Shown here piece after piece: positions 10,839 to 21,162 of a stretch of 64,000 bases of DNA. The notes under the pieces are model-generated. The model saw nothing but the letters and a program-made list of their open reading frames with translations. It had not been told where the DNA came from and searched no databases. A program made the position numbers and the translations under genes. This DNA is from a virus. Lineage: Duplodnaviria; Heunggongvirae; Uroviricota; Caudoviricetes. The stretch lies in the IMG/VR virus record IMGVR_UViG_3300033077_000655; one strand, 5' to 3'. Numbering within the stretch: position 1 is the first letter of the stretch; each line of letters starts with the position of its first letter.

Positions 10839-11063
10839 ATGGCTAAAATTATTATCAAAAGCAATCCACGTACTGAACAAACCTGGGAGGAACTGGATCA
10901 ATATCGTGAGTTTTGCGTAGACTACGGATACAAGTTCAATGAGGCGGATCTGTATAACTTCCGCAGTTATGCATTCCAACAGTTCAACAAACATACTCAA
11001 GGCAAGCCTGCCAAGAACATGTGGGATGAAGACACTCGTCGACTGGCAGGATACCGCACATGA
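10839..11063 (+). CDS. hypothetical small protein
   Basis: RBS aggaaact precedes the ATG. Confidence 0.35.
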   Translation: MAKIIIKSNPRTEQTWEELDQYREFCVDYGYKFNEADLYNFRSYAFQQFNKHTQGKPAKNMWDEDTRRLAGYRT

Positions 11064-12229
11064 GAAAACTCTACTACATGGGACTAGAGCCCTATAAAGC
11101 ACGTTATACATTGCAATTGCAAGACTGGAATACTGCGGTGTTTGGTAAAAGAGGCATCAACTATGTTGTTGTGCCCGGTGAAACACTCAGCAACGACCAA
11201 GCAATTGTTACTGGGCAAGTGCTAGATGCCCACGGTCGAACATACTTTGGTATGAGTCAACTTATGAATCTAGTTAAGATGATGAAGGCCGGAGAACTCA
11301 ACAATGAAGATGTTATCTACTTTGAGGACATGTTTCAACCTGGCATTGAATCATTACCGTATATTCTTAAACAAATCGACCCAATTTTCAGGCCTAGGAT
11401 TTATGTTCGCTGTCTTGCTCAGTCCATTGATCCTGATGATTTTGTTCACGTTTGGGGTATGCAGCATTTTATGGCAGCATATGAGTACATGGTTGACTCG
11501 TTCGTAGATGGTATACTTGCTACCAATGAAGAAATGGTAATGCACATGAAGATTGCAGGGTGGGGTGCCCCAATCTATAATATCTCAGGATTGGCATTTG
11601 GCAAGAGTGAAGTACAAAGTCGTGTGGATAGTATCAAACCATTCAACGACCGTAAATTTCGTGTGGTATTTTCTGCACGTTGGGATCAAGAAAAGCAACC
11701 GGACTTTTACATGGATTTAGCAGAACGTGTGAAAGAAAAGAGTCCATTGATTGAGTTTTGTGTATGTAGTGGTAGTAAATTAAAATCCAATAATGATAGT
11801 TACATGGCACGTACTAGAGATTTGCAAGATCGAGGTATATTAACAATTTACGAAGATTTAGAAAAGAATGATTACTACAATATTGTTAATGACAGTCGTG
11901 TTGTGTTTAATTGTGCCCTTCAAGACTGGGTTTCAAACACGGTCTCGGAAGCAGATGCTCTTGGGTGTAATGTTCTATACCCTGCTTATCGTAGTTTCCC
12001 TGAGACTTTTAGTAATGATCATTCCAGACTTTATGTACCCTGGTCAATAGAAGACGCAGAAGCAAAATTGATTCCGTTATTGTATAATCCAAGTCCTAAC
12101 ATGGGCAAGATTAGTGACCGTAATGATAGCACTATAGACAGAATCTGTGATATACTTGAGGGCAAGGGCGAAGATATGCTGCGAATGGGCGTGGACTATC
12201 GCAAGCACACTCGAGAAAGCAAATACTAA
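11060..12229 (+). CDS. glycosyltransferase-like protein (GT-B C-terminal domain-like)
   Basis: C-terminal half has alternating beta-alpha character with acidic residues, typical of group-1 GTs. Weak. Confidence 0.4.
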   Translation: MRKLYYMGLEPYKARYTLQLQDWNTAVFGKRGINYVVVPGETLSNDQAIVTGQVLDAHGRTYFGMSQLMNLVKMMKAGELNNEDVIYFEDMFQPGIESLPYILKQIDPIFRPRIYVRCLAQSIDPDDFVHVWGMQHFMAAYEYMVDSFVDGILATNEEMVMHMKIAGWGAPIYNISGLAFGKSEVQSRVDSIKPFNDRKFRVVFSARWDQEKQPDFYMDLAERVKEKSPLIEFCVCSGSKLKSNNDSYMARTRDLQDRGILTIYEDLEKNDYYNIVNDSRVVFNCALQDWVSNTVSEADALGCNVLYPAYRSFPETFSNDHSRLYVPWSIEDAEAKLIPLLYNPSPNMGKISDRNDSTIDRICDILEGKGEDMLRMGVDYRKHTRESKY

Positions 12230-12230
12230 A

Positions 12231-13184
12231 ATGACTGTGGTAGTAACTGGTGCAGCAGGATATATTGGTGGGCAAATAGCATTGGCCTTGAAGGATTCTG
12301 GTCATGAGGTCATTGGCATTGATCGTCGACCGTGCCCCAAACACCTCGACGAAGCGTTTATTAAGTTTATTCAAGCTGACTTTGACAGTGATCAAGCCAA
12401 AACAAAAATGTTGCAAGTTGGTCCTGCCACAATCATCCACTGTGCCGGCACTAGTTTGGTAGGCCCTAGCGTTAAATATCCCGGTGACTACTATCACAAC
12501 AATGTGATTAAAACCATCCACTTGTTGGATTTTGTGGTCAATGCCTTGCCCAAGACCAGAATTATCTTTAGTTCAAGTGCATCTGTGTATGGCGAACCTA
12601 TCATGACTCCGTGTGCAGAAGTAGATCCGTGTGCGCCTATGAGTCCTTACGGTGAAAGCAAACACATGATTGAACAAGTGTTAGCTAGCTATCATCGTGC
12701 ATACCGTCTTGACTATGTGGCATTTCGTTACTTCAATGCTTGCGGTGCCGATCGACTGGGCCGACATGGACAGGAACCTGGTGCCACTCATGTGATTGCT
12801 AGAATCTTAGAAGCCACACGTGATAACAAACAGTTTTCCTTGTATGGTGATGATTACGAGACCCACGACGGAACTTGTATACGTGATTATGTGCATGTGG
12901 AAGATATTGCGCATGCTCATGTGTGTGCATTGGACGCTGCTGTGCCCTCTGGCGTTTACAATCTAGGCACAAACAATGGTACCAGTGTGAAAGAAATCTT
13001 GGCATGCGCTGCTGCAATTGCAGGCAAGGTGCCAGTATTGCTAGAGCCTCGACGTGAGGGTGATCCTGCTGTGCTTACTGCTAGTGCAGCAAAGTTTGGT
13101 ATGCTGATGCCAAATTGGCGTCAGTACACACTGGACGATATAATTCAACACGCATGGGCTTGGTATGTTCGAAAAAATCCTTGA
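12231..13184 (+). CDS. NAD-dependent epimerase, UDP-glucose 4-epimerase (GalE)-like
   Basis: Begins MTVVVTGAAGYIGG (Rossmann GxxGxxG); YFNACGA motif. Start moved to the ATG at 12231, directly after the upstream stop. Confidence 0.75.
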   Translation: MTVVVTGAAGYIGGQIALALKDSGHEVIGIDRRPCPKHLDEAFIKFIQADFDSDQAKTKMLQVGPATIIHCAGTSLVGPSVKYPGDYYHNNVIKTIHLLDFVVNALPKTRIIFSSSASVYGEPIMTPCAEVDPCAPMSPYGESKHMIEQVLASYHRAYRLDYVAFRYFNACGADRLGRHGQEPGATHVIARILEATRDNKQFSLYGDDYETHDGTCIRDYVHVEDIAHAHVCALDAAVPSGVYNLGTNNGTSVKEILACAAAIAGKVPVLLEPRREGDPAVLTASAAKFGMLMPNWRQYTLDDIIQHAWAWYVRKNP

Positions 13185-13761
13185 ATTTGAACGGGCACTA
13201 GCCCGGTTCACTGGTGCTCCTGCTGCAATCATGACCGATTGCTGCACACATGCCATTGAGATGTGTCTGCGATATGAGCAAGTGAAGGGTCTCAAGATGA
13301 CTCCTTACACTTACTTGAGTGTGCCTATGACCATGCACAAGTTAGGCATTGATTATGTGTATCTGGATGAACCTGAACAAACATGGTCGGGCGAATACAA
13401 TTTCATATACACTAGAGTTTGGGATAGTGCTAGAAGATTGGAACCTGACATGTATCGTACAGGACAGATGCAATGCTTGAGTTTTGGACATTCTAAGCCT
13501 TTACAAATAGGGCATGGTGGTGCTATACTGTTAGATAACAAGCAGGCCTACAACATGATAATAAAACAACGATATGATGGTCGTGACCTAAATATCTCAC
13601 CCTGGAACAAACAAAAAACATTCCAGGTGGGATATCACTACAAACCCTCAATCGAAGATGCTGAACGTGGACTAGAGTTACTTGAGCAGTACAAGTCTGC
13701 ACCTGAACACCCCAAGTTTGTACAGTATCCAGATTTGCGAAACATAACCATTAAGGAATAA
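13165..13761 (+). CDS. DegT/DnrJ/EryC1-like aminotransferase fragment (short)
   Basis: N-terminus FERALARFTGAPAAIMTDCCTHAIEMCL resembles sugar aminotransferases. Only 198 aa, so truncated or divergent. Confidence 0.4.
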   Translation: MFEKILEFERALARFTGAPAAIMTDCCTHAIEMCLRYEQVKGLKMTPYTYLSVPMTMHKLGIDYVYLDEPEQTWSGEYNFIYTRVWDSARRLEPDMYRTGQMQCLSFGHSKPLQIGHGGAILLDNKQAYNMIIKQRYDGRDLNISPWNKQKTFQVGYHYKPSIEDAERGLELLEQYKSAPEHPKFVQYPDLRNITIKE

Positions 13762-13762
13762 C

Positions 13763-14551
13763 ATGCCAGAATTTAAACTAGATCCAATCATACATCCAAG
13801 CACTGACGAGTTTGTTCCGCTAGAAGGACAAAACTTATATGTAAAGAAAACAGACACAGCACAAGGCCGGTATCTAAGCACAGCAATTCGCGAACGTATG
13901 CAAGCAGATGGCAAGAGATTCTGGGCCGGAGACAACATCAGCGACTACTTAACTAAATCTGATCGAGAACATTTGATCAATGAAGCTACTGTGGCATTTG
14001 AAGGTGTGTTGGACACATTGCTGATAGATAGACAAAACGATCCCAACTCAAAAGGCACAGCCAAACGATTGGCCAAAATGTATTTTACTGAAATCATGGA
14101 AGGTCGATATGAACCAGCACCGGACGCAACAGCTTTTCCAAATGATTCACAAGACCGGTATGAAGGCATGCTTGTGGTTAGAAGTGAACTACGTTCAATG
14201 TGTTCGCACCATCATCAACCTGTTAGCGGTGTTGCTTATATTGGTATTATTGCCGCCAACAAACTTATTGGTTTGTCTAAGTATACTCGTATTGCTCAAT
14301 GGTGTGCGCGACGCGGTACGCTACAAGAAGAACTGTGCAACGACATTGCAAGAGAGATTAGCAAAGCCACTGACAGTGAGAATGTTGGTGTGTACATTGA
14401 AATGACACACGGATGCGTAGAAAATAGAGGAGTAATGGCTCATAATAGTCTAACACAAACCACTGTGCTCAAAGGTGCTTTCTTAAAAGACCCAGGAACA
14501 AAGAAAGAGTTCTTTGACAATATTAAACTACAAGCAAGGAATGGCAACTAA
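13763..14551 (+). CDS. folE: GTP cyclohydrolase I (FolE)
   Basis: Motifs CSHHHQPVSGVAYIGI and IGLSKYTRI match the FolE active site. Confidence 0.85.
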   Translation: MPEFKLDPIIHPSTDEFVPLEGQNLYVKKTDTAQGRYLSTAIRERMQADGKRFWAGDNISDYLTKSDREHLINEATVAFEGVLDTLLIDRQNDPNSKGTAKRLAKMYFTEIMEGRYEPAPDATAFPNDSQDRYEGMLVVRSELRSMCSHHHQPVSGVAYIGIIAANKLIGLSKYTRIAQWCARRGTLQEELCNDIAREISKATDSENVGVYIEMTHGCVENRGVMAHNSLTQTTVLKGAFLKDPGTKKEFFDNIKLQARNGN

Positions 14552-14627
14552 CTCAAATTATGATAAAACTTAAAATTGGCTGCTGTAAAAACAGTGGTAT
14601 CAAACTACAACAAGAGTTTGCACCGCG

Positions 14628-15032
14628 ATGATCAATTACGAAACACTAGATGAAGCCCAAGCTGCCGGTGTGGCACCGTGGGACCAACAGGTACAAGAAC
14701 TGAGTGATTTTCATATCACTGTGTTTGAAGATCGCTATCCTGTCACACGTGGTCATTTGTTGTTTGTGCCCAACTACAATACTGATGCAGTGATTATTGA
14801 CTGCATGGAATCTGCCATGTTGTATGGTCGCCGCTTGGTAGAACAAGGCAACTGTGAAGGATTTAACATTGGTATCAACATGGGCACTGCTGCTGGACAA
14901 ACAGTTATGTATCCACATGTGCATTTGATTCCACGCCGGCTGGGTGACACTGCCAATCCTGTTGGCGGGGTGCGTGGAGTTATATTTGGACAAGCTGACT
15001 ATAAAGCCACAGGTTATCAACCACCGATATAA
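14628..15032 (+). CDS. HIT-like nucleotide hydrolase/transferase
   Basis: YPHVHLIPR histidine-triad-like motif. Confidence 0.4.
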   Translation: MINYETLDEAQAAGVAPWDQQVQELSDFHITVFEDRYPVTRGHLLFVPNYNTDAVIIDCMESAMLYGRRLVEQGNCEGFNIGINMGTAAGQTVMYPHVHLIPRRLGDTANPVGGVRGVIFGQADYKATGYQPPI

Positions 15033-15086
15033 ATACTCATACACCGGCCTTTGGCGTTCATCCCGGTATACAAACTCTGCTGCCTA

Positions 15087-15095
15087 TGCTATAAT
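15087..15095 (+). promoter_or_regulatory. extended -10 element TGcTATAAT upstream of queD
   Basis: TGCTATAAT at 15087-15095, about 20 nt before the queD start. Confidence 0.35.
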
Positions 15096-15112
15096 CAACA
15101 TAGGAGAAAATC

Positions 15113-15586
15113 ATGGCAAAATACATTTCCACAAAAACATACAAACAAATAGGTCCAGTGGCCTATCGTCAATGGCGGGCCGATAGTCATTGCAGACTGA
15201 TACACGGATATGCACTTTCATTCCATCTGGAGTTTGAATGTAATACACTGGATGCTCGAAATTGGTGCATGGACTTTGGAGGACTTAAACCTCTCAAAGG
15301 ATTATTGGAAGATTGGTTTGATCACACATTGCTAGTGGCACAAGATGACCCAATGCGTGAACATCTGTTAGAACTTGGTAGATTGAAACTGGCCAAGATT
15401 ACAGAAGTGGAACGCACAGGTTGCGAGGGTATTGCTGACTTTTTGTATGAATACATCAACACTATTTTTTTGCCAAACTGCGGAGAAAAAGAACGTGTTT
15501 GGTGCAGTAGGGTAGAAGTTCGAGAAACTGATGCCAATATGGCCATGCGTGTGGGGCACAGAGAAGATAACGAATTCCAAAACTAA
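15113..15586 (+). CDS. queD: 6-carboxytetrahydropterin synthase (QueD/PTPS-like)
   Basis: CRLIHGY motif of the Cx3HGH type; PTPS size; adjacent to folE and queE. Confidence 0.7.
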   Translation: MAKYISTKTYKQIGPVAYRQWRADSHCRLIHGYALSFHLEFECNTLDARNWCMDFGGLKPLKGLLEDWFDHTLLVAQDDPMREHLLELGRLKLAKITEVERTGCEGIADFLYEYINTIFLPNCGEKERVWCSRVEVRETDANMAMRVGHREDNEFQN

Positions 15587-16416
15587 TGGACATTAGTATT
15601 TTATTGCCCACCCGGGCTCGGTCTGATGCTCTCATGAGCAGCATTGAAAGTCTTTACAATCTTGCTGACAATCCAAATACCATTGAATTTTTGTTTGGTA
15701 TAGACAATGATGATGTAGCAGGCATGGAAAATATGCTGCATAATGTGATTCCCTGGATTGAAAAATACTCAGTAAATCACAAGATAGTCGTATCTGAACG
15801 ATTTGGGTATGTTAAACTACACAAGTATTTCAATGGCCTAGCAGAGCATAGTCAAGGATCTTGGTTGTTTATCTGGAATGATGATGCTGTGATGAAAACC
15901 AAATCATGGGATACCAAGATCCTTGAAAAGTCTGGACAGTTTAAACTACTAAGTGTGCATTCACACAATGACCATCCTTATAGCATATTCCCTATCATAC
16001 CAAGAGCATGGTTTGAGGTGTTAGGGCATCTAAGTCAACACAGTTTGAATGATGCTTATGTGAGTAACATTGCATATTATCTAGACATATTTGAACGTAT
16101 TGATGTACATTGTGATCACGATCGATTTGATATAACAGGTGCCAACAATGATGATACATACAATCAACGTGAAATCATGGAGGGCTATCCGGATCGGGCT
16201 GGAGACTTTAATCATCCTGATATGGTGCAACTACGTCTCAACGATTTAATAACCTTGGCAAATTGGATGCAAACTCAAGGCATGGATACTGAATTTTTCA
16301 CTGATTGTTGTAACAACACCCAGGATCCATGGGTTAAATTACGTGCCAATGATACAAACAATCAAGTCTCTATCTTTCAGGTTGGGCGGGGTCAAAACAA
16401 ATCAATCACTGAGTAA
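15586..16416 (+). CDS. GT-A-like glycosyltransferase candidate (paralog A)
   Basis: LLPTRAR...GIDNDD pattern resembles GT2 IPTYNR...DxD. Paralogous to 18471..19316. Confidence 0.4.
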   Translation: MDISILLPTRARSDALMSSIESLYNLADNPNTIEFLFGIDNDDVAGMENMLHNVIPWIEKYSVNHKIVVSERFGYVKLHKYFNGLAEHSQGSWLFIWNDDAVMKTKSWDTKILEKSGQFKLLSVHSHNDHPYSIFPIIPRAWFEVLGHLSQHSLNDAYVSNIAYYLDIFERIDVHCDHDRFDITGANNDDTYNQREIMEGYPDRAGDFNHPDMVQLRLNDLITLANWMQTQGMDTEFFTDCCNNTQDPWVKLRANDTNNQVSIFQVGRGQNKSITE

Positions 16417-16458
16417 TTAGTTTTATATAATTCAGAATCCAGATACAATAAGTATATA

Positions 16459-18465
16459 ATGAAGAACAAAATTGCCTGGGTTCAACCCAATTTCCAACAA
16501 GGGCCTGCAGAGTTTAATGCATATTACTTGCCCTACTCAGCCGGTGTGGTATGGAGTTACAGTCTAGCTGATCCTTGGATTCGAGAACGGTTTGAAGCCA
16601 CTGATTGGGTATGGCGTAGAGACGCTGTAGAACCATTGGCACAAAAACTGGCACAAAACGACATTGTGACTTTTAGTACCTATGTGTGGAATCATCGTTA
16701 CAATTATGCTGTGGCCAAACGCATCAAGGAAATCAATCCTGCTGTATTGACTGTATTTGGTGGCCCTGAAGTTGCTATAACCGACCCTGACCTGTTTGTT
16801 AAAGAATCTTTTATGGATCTTGTGATTTGCTACGAAGGCGAAATAACTTTCAAACGTGTGCTACAGCACTTTGAAACTAAAGATTGGGAAAATGTACCTG
16901 GACTGTTGATCAACAGAAATGGCCGCGCAATACAAACACAGGATTCTAAACGTATTGAGTCATTAGAGGAAGTGCCCAGCCCGTACTTGGCAGGCATCTT
17001 TGACCAGATGATTGCCGATCATCCTGACATAACATGGCAAGGCACATTAGAAACCAATCGTGGTTGTCCGTTTGCTTGTACATTCTGTGACTGGGGTAGT
17101 TTGACCTACAACAAAGTTAAAAAGTTTGAACTTGAACGTGTGTTTGAAGAACTAGAATGGATGGCCAAACGCAACTTTGATTGGATCTCAATTACCGATG
17201 CTAACTTTGGTATGTTCCCCGAACGTGATGGTATGATTGCTGACAAGATAATTGAGTGCCAAGAAAAATACGGTTCTCCACGCACGTTTAGTGTGGCCTG
17301 GGCTAAAAATCAAAAGAAAGAAGTGATCGACATTGTAAAGAAACTGTTGGATGCTCGTGGCTTCAATCAAGGATTAACACTCAGTGTACAAAGCCTTGAC
17401 CAGGATGTGTTGGAAAATATTCGCCGCAAAAATATGGAAATGAACAAACTGGAGGAAGTGTTTGAATTATGTGATCAGCGTAATATTCCTGCATACACAG
17501 AACTCATACTTGGGTTGCCTGGTGAGACATTGACCACCTGGAAGAAAAACTTTTATGCATTGTACGAGTTAAATCAGCACACTGGCATTACTGTGTTTCA
17601 AGCGCAGTTGTTGGAAAATGCCGAAATGAACTTGTTGCAAAAGAAACTGTTCAAGATCACCAGCCAACCTGTTACAGATTACTTTGCTGGCAGTTACAGC
17701 GTGGAACACATTGAAGAAAGCATTGACGTTATCACCGGCACCAAAGACATGCCCACACCAGTGATGTTGGATGCACAGATCTTTTCCTGGTTCCAGACCA
17801 CATTCCACATAAATGGATTTGCCACATTGATTGCTAGATTTATCAACAAATACACAGGTATAAGTTACAATGATTACTATGAAGAGTTGTTTGCATATTT
17901 TATGACCAATGAGTGGTTGAAGAAAGAACAAAACGAAGCAAGACAATACTTTTCTAATTGGATGACCACTGGCCGAATCAACCATCCCAAGATTGGTGTG
18001 GAAATACACGGGTGGAACATCATACACAGAACCAGCATGAACATGCATCAAGAAGATCGGGTAGATGAGTTGTATGATTTCTTGGAAATATTTTTGCAAC
18101 GATACAATCTACCCGAAGATTTATCAACCAGTCTGATGAAACTACAAAGAAGTTACTACATCAAGTACAATGATAGAAATCAATATCCTATGAATCTTAA
18201 GTTAGATTATAATATTTGGGATTACTTGAGTTTTAATCAACCCTTGACAAAGACTTCTACAACATATCGATTGGACTTTCCAGAGGATAAAACTATGAGT
18301 CTTAATCGATTCTTAGAACTGTTTTATTTTGCAAGACGCAGAAACTTTGGTAAAGCCACTGTGGATCTTGTGGGAGTCGAAAATGCCAATGGAACACAAC
18401 GTGGTGCTGGGAGTGCCAAAGCACAAGGCAGTTTTTCTGTGAAGAAAAAATTATTAACCATATAA
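16459..18465 (+). CDS. B12-binding-domain radical SAM protein
   Basis: NRGCPFACTFCDW (Cx3Cx2C) follows an N-terminal Rossmann-like B12-binding-like domain. Confidence 0.7.
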   Translation: MKNKIAWVQPNFQQGPAEFNAYYLPYSAGVVWSYSLADPWIRERFEATDWVWRRDAVEPLAQKLAQNDIVTFSTYVWNHRYNYAVAKRIKEINPAVLTVFGGPEVAITDPDLFVKESFMDLVICYEGEITFKRVLQHFETKDWENVPGLLINRNGRAIQTQDSKRIESLEEVPSPYLAGIFDQMIADHPDITWQGTLETNRGCPFACTFCDWGSLTYNKVKKFELERVFEELEWMAKRNFDWISITDANFGMFPERDGMIADKIIECQEKYGSPRTFSVAWAKNQKKEVIDIVKKLLDARGFNQGLTLSVQSLDQDVLENIRRKNMEMNKLEEVFELCDQRNIPAYTELILGLPGETLTTWKKNFYALYELNQHTGITVFQAQLLENAEMNLLQKKLFKITSQPVTDYFAGSYSVEHIEESIDVITGTKDMPTPVMLDAQIFSWFQTTFHINGFATLIARFINKYTGISYNDYYEELFAYFMTNEWLKKEQNEARQYFSNWMTTGRINHPKIGVEIHGWNIIHRTSMNMHQEDRVDELYDFLEIFLQRYNLPEDLSTSLMKLQRSYYIKYNDRNQYPMNLKLDYNIWDYLSFNQPLTKTSTTYRLDFPEDKTMSLNRFLELFYFARRRNFGKATVDLVGVENANGTQRGAGSAKAQGSFSVKKKLLTI

Positions 18466-18470
18466 AATAA

Positions 18471-19316
18471 TTGTTAAAAATTATGGATTTTAATTTCGAG
18501 TATGATATCGGGGTGTTGTTGCCTACCCGAGGAAGAACCACCGCACTAATGACCAGTGTGAAATCACTGTATGATCATGCAGCTGATCCCAAGTCAATGA
18601 GATTACTATTGGCATTTGATCAAGACGATTCAGTTGGACTGGAATATTTTAACACTGATTTAAAACCATGGTTAGATTTGATCGGTGCAGAATATTTGGC
18701 TTTGAATTTTGTTCCGTTAGGCTATATACGCCTGAATGAATATGTGAATTTCTTGGCAAAACACGTTGATGCTCGATGGTATCTAGTCTGGAACGATGAT
18801 GCAGTAATGACCACTCCCCATTGGGATAACGTGATTCGACAATACAACGATCAATTTGCATTGCTGCGAGCAGAAACCAATCATGATCATCCATATGCTA
18901 TTTTTCCTATCCTGCCAAAAAAATGGTTAGAACTTACCGGACACATATCACCACATCAACTCAATGATGCGTGGACCAGCCAGGTTGCATGGATGTTGGA
19001 CGTTGTGATTACTATACCTGTGATGATCGAACACCAACGATTTGATCTCACCGGCAAGAATGGTGACGATGTGTTTATGAATCGTCCTATGCTAGAAGGT
19101 AATCCTACACATACTAGAGATTTTAATCATATTTCATGGCGTATGCGCCGACAGGATGATGCTGCAAAGATTGCACATTATTTGGAAAAATTAGGATATG
19201 ACCTGACACATTTTAAATTGGGTATAGAAAACAAAATTGACATCTGGCATAAGATGTTGAAATTAGACACCAAGGGGCTAATGAAATCATGGAGCAGCAC
19301 TGATCTTGAAAAATGA
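18471..19316 (+). CDS. GT-A-like glycosyltransferase candidate (paralog B)
   Basis: VLLPTRGR...AFDQDD; clear paralog of 15586..16416, including shared HNDHPY, IFPI and HQRFD blocks. Confidence 0.4.
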   Translation: MLKIMDFNFEYDIGVLLPTRGRTTALMTSVKSLYDHAADPKSMRLLLAFDQDDSVGLEYFNTDLKPWLDLIGAEYLALNFVPLGYIRLNEYVNFLAKHVDARWYLVWNDDAVMTTPHWDNVIRQYNDQFALLRAETNHDHPYAIFPILPKKWLELTGHISPHQLNDAWTSQVAWMLDVVITIPVMIEHQRFDLTGKNGDDVFMNRPMLEGNPTHTRDFNHISWRMRRQDDAAKIAHYLEKLGYDLTHFKLGIENKIDIWHKMLKLDTKGLMKSWSSTDLEK

Positions 19317-20085
19317 ACTTGTAGACCGAATTAAACAGTATTGGAATACTCAGCCTTGCAACGTCAAGCACAGTCTTAGTGTTCCGGGCACAGAACAGTA
19401 TTGGAATGAAGTTTCCAAACGTAGATTCTTTGTAGAACCCCATCAATTTGACTTTGCTAGCTTTAATCTTTGGCACGGTAAACGTGTTTTAGAAATAGGA
19501 TCCGGAATCGGAACCCATGCTGTGGAGTTTGCACGTCACGGTGCTGACTATGTGGGGATCGATCTTTCAGCAGAGTCGGTGGCCATGAGTCAACAACGAT
19601 TTGAACTGTTTGGATTAACTGGCAAATTCCATGTGATGGATGGCGCCGACTCTGCTGCGGTTGCTGGTCTAGGAAAATTTGATCTAGTATACAGTTGCGG
19701 GGTATTGCACCACTATCCGGACATGACCGCTTGTTTGAATAACATCCATGCTGCATTAGTACCCAACGGAGAGTTCCGTATGTTGGTATACGCAAAGAAC
19801 TCATGGAAGTACGCCATGATCCAAAAAGGTCTAGATCAATTTGAAGCACAAGCAGATTGCCCGTATGCCAAGGCCTATAGCAAAGAAGAAATTTATGATC
19901 TCTTAAAAGGACAATTTGAGGTACAAAGCATTAGACAAGATCATTGTTTCATGTATAATGTAGTTAAGTATCGCACTGGCGAGTACGAATTGGAGCCTTG
20001 GTTTGCTGCCATGCCCGAAGACATGCGAGCAGCAGTTAAAGAATATCTAGGTTGGCATTTGTTAATTAAAGCACAAAAAATATGA
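19306..20085 (+). CDS. class I SAM-dependent methyltransferase
   Basis: VLEIGSGIGTHAVEF motif I and DLVYSCGVLHH. Confidence 0.65.
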   Translation: MKNELVDRIKQYWNTQPCNVKHSLSVPGTEQYWNEVSKRRFFVEPHQFDFASFNLWHGKRVLEIGSGIGTHAVEFARHGADYVGIDLSAESVAMSQQRFELFGLTGKFHVMDGADSAAVAGLGKFDLVYSCGVLHHYPDMTACLNNIHAALVPNGEFRMLVYAKNSWKYAMIQKGLDQFEAQADCPYAKAYSKEEIYDLLKGQFEVQSIRQDHCFMYNVVKYRTGEYELEPWFAAMPEDMRAAVKEYLGWHLLIKAQKI

Positions 20086-20945
20086 GCAAACTAAAAGTAG
20101 CAGAATTGTTTTACTCAATTCAAGGGGAAGGTAGATATATGGGGGTACCCAGCGTCTTCTTGAGAACTTTTGGCTGCAATTTTTCTTGCAAGGGCTTCGG
20201 CATGCCACGTGGCGAACTCAGCAAGGAAGCTGATGAAGTAGCAGTAATGAATGCCATGCATCGATTTGAGAAATATGAAGAACTTCCACTTGTTAGCACA
20301 GGATGTGACAGCTATGCTAGTTGGCATCCTGACTTCAAGAATCTAAGTCCCATGCTGACCAGTGATGCTATCGTAGATCGCATTATGGATATTATTCCGT
20401 ACAAAGAATGGCGTGACGAGCATCTTGTGATCACAGGTGGCGAGCCATTGCTAGGCTGGCAACGTGCATATCCTAGTTTATTAGACAATCCCAAGATGGC
20501 AAGTCTTAAAGAAATTACGTTTGAAACCAATGGTACTCAAGAACTCAGCACTGAGTTTAGAAAGTATTTGTTAAATTGGACACTAGGTAACAAGGCACGT
20601 GGCCGAGAAGCATTGACATTTAGTGTGAGTGCTAAACTGCCTTGTTCAGGTGAGAAGTGGTCGGATGCTATTTGTCCTGAGATTGTGTGTCAATATCAAG
20701 ATGTTGGGCACACATACTTGAAACTGGTAATTTCTACCAATGAAGATTTTGCAGATGCTCAACGTGCAGTGGCAGAATATCGTGCAGCTGGATTCAAGGG
20801 TCATGTGTATTTGATGCCTGTTGGTGGAGTTGAAAGTGTATATGCGTTGAACAATAAGAATGTAGCTATTTTGGCCATGAATCATGGTTGGCGTTACAGT
20901 GATCGACTTCAAGTACCATTGTTCAAGAACGAATGGGGCACCTGA
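20082..20945 (+). CDS. queE: 7-carboxy-7-deazaguanine synthase (QueE)-like radical SAM
   Basis: N-terminus AELFYSIQGEGRYMGVPSVFLRTFGCNFSC resembles QueE. Confidence 0.65.
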   Translation: MSKLKVAELFYSIQGEGRYMGVPSVFLRTFGCNFSCKGFGMPRGELSKEADEVAVMNAMHRFEKYEELPLVSTGCDSYASWHPDFKNLSPMLTSDAIVDRIMDIIPYKEWRDEHLVITGGEPLLGWQRAYPSLLDNPKMASLKEITFETNGTQELSTEFRKYLLNWTLGNKARGREALTFSVSAKLPCSGEKWSDAICPEIVCQYQDVGHTYLKLVISTNEDFADAQRAVAEYRAAGFKGHVYLMPVGGVESVYALNNKNVAILAMNHGWRYSDRLQVPLFKNEWGT

Positions 20946-21162
20946 TGCCCATGGATAGTTTTGCACCCGAACCTCGATCGAAAGATTATGGATTGAATAG
21001 AACACAGAGATGGGATTTGAAACTTTGTTGGCTTCCAAATAAATGTTTTATCAGCGGAAAATCATTATGGGGCAAGCGGGCCTATCATGGTATTAGATGG
21101 ATACATGGCCCCGGAGAGCCAGTTGAGCAAACTTATTGGGTTGATAAACATGAGTTTTTGAT

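Noticed and set aside
12147-12230. Upstream extension of the GalE-like ORF, starting at 12147.
   Set aside because: It overlaps the preceding gene by 83 nt in another frame. The ATG at 12231 follows the upstream stop directly and begins the Rossmann motif MTVVVTGAAG.
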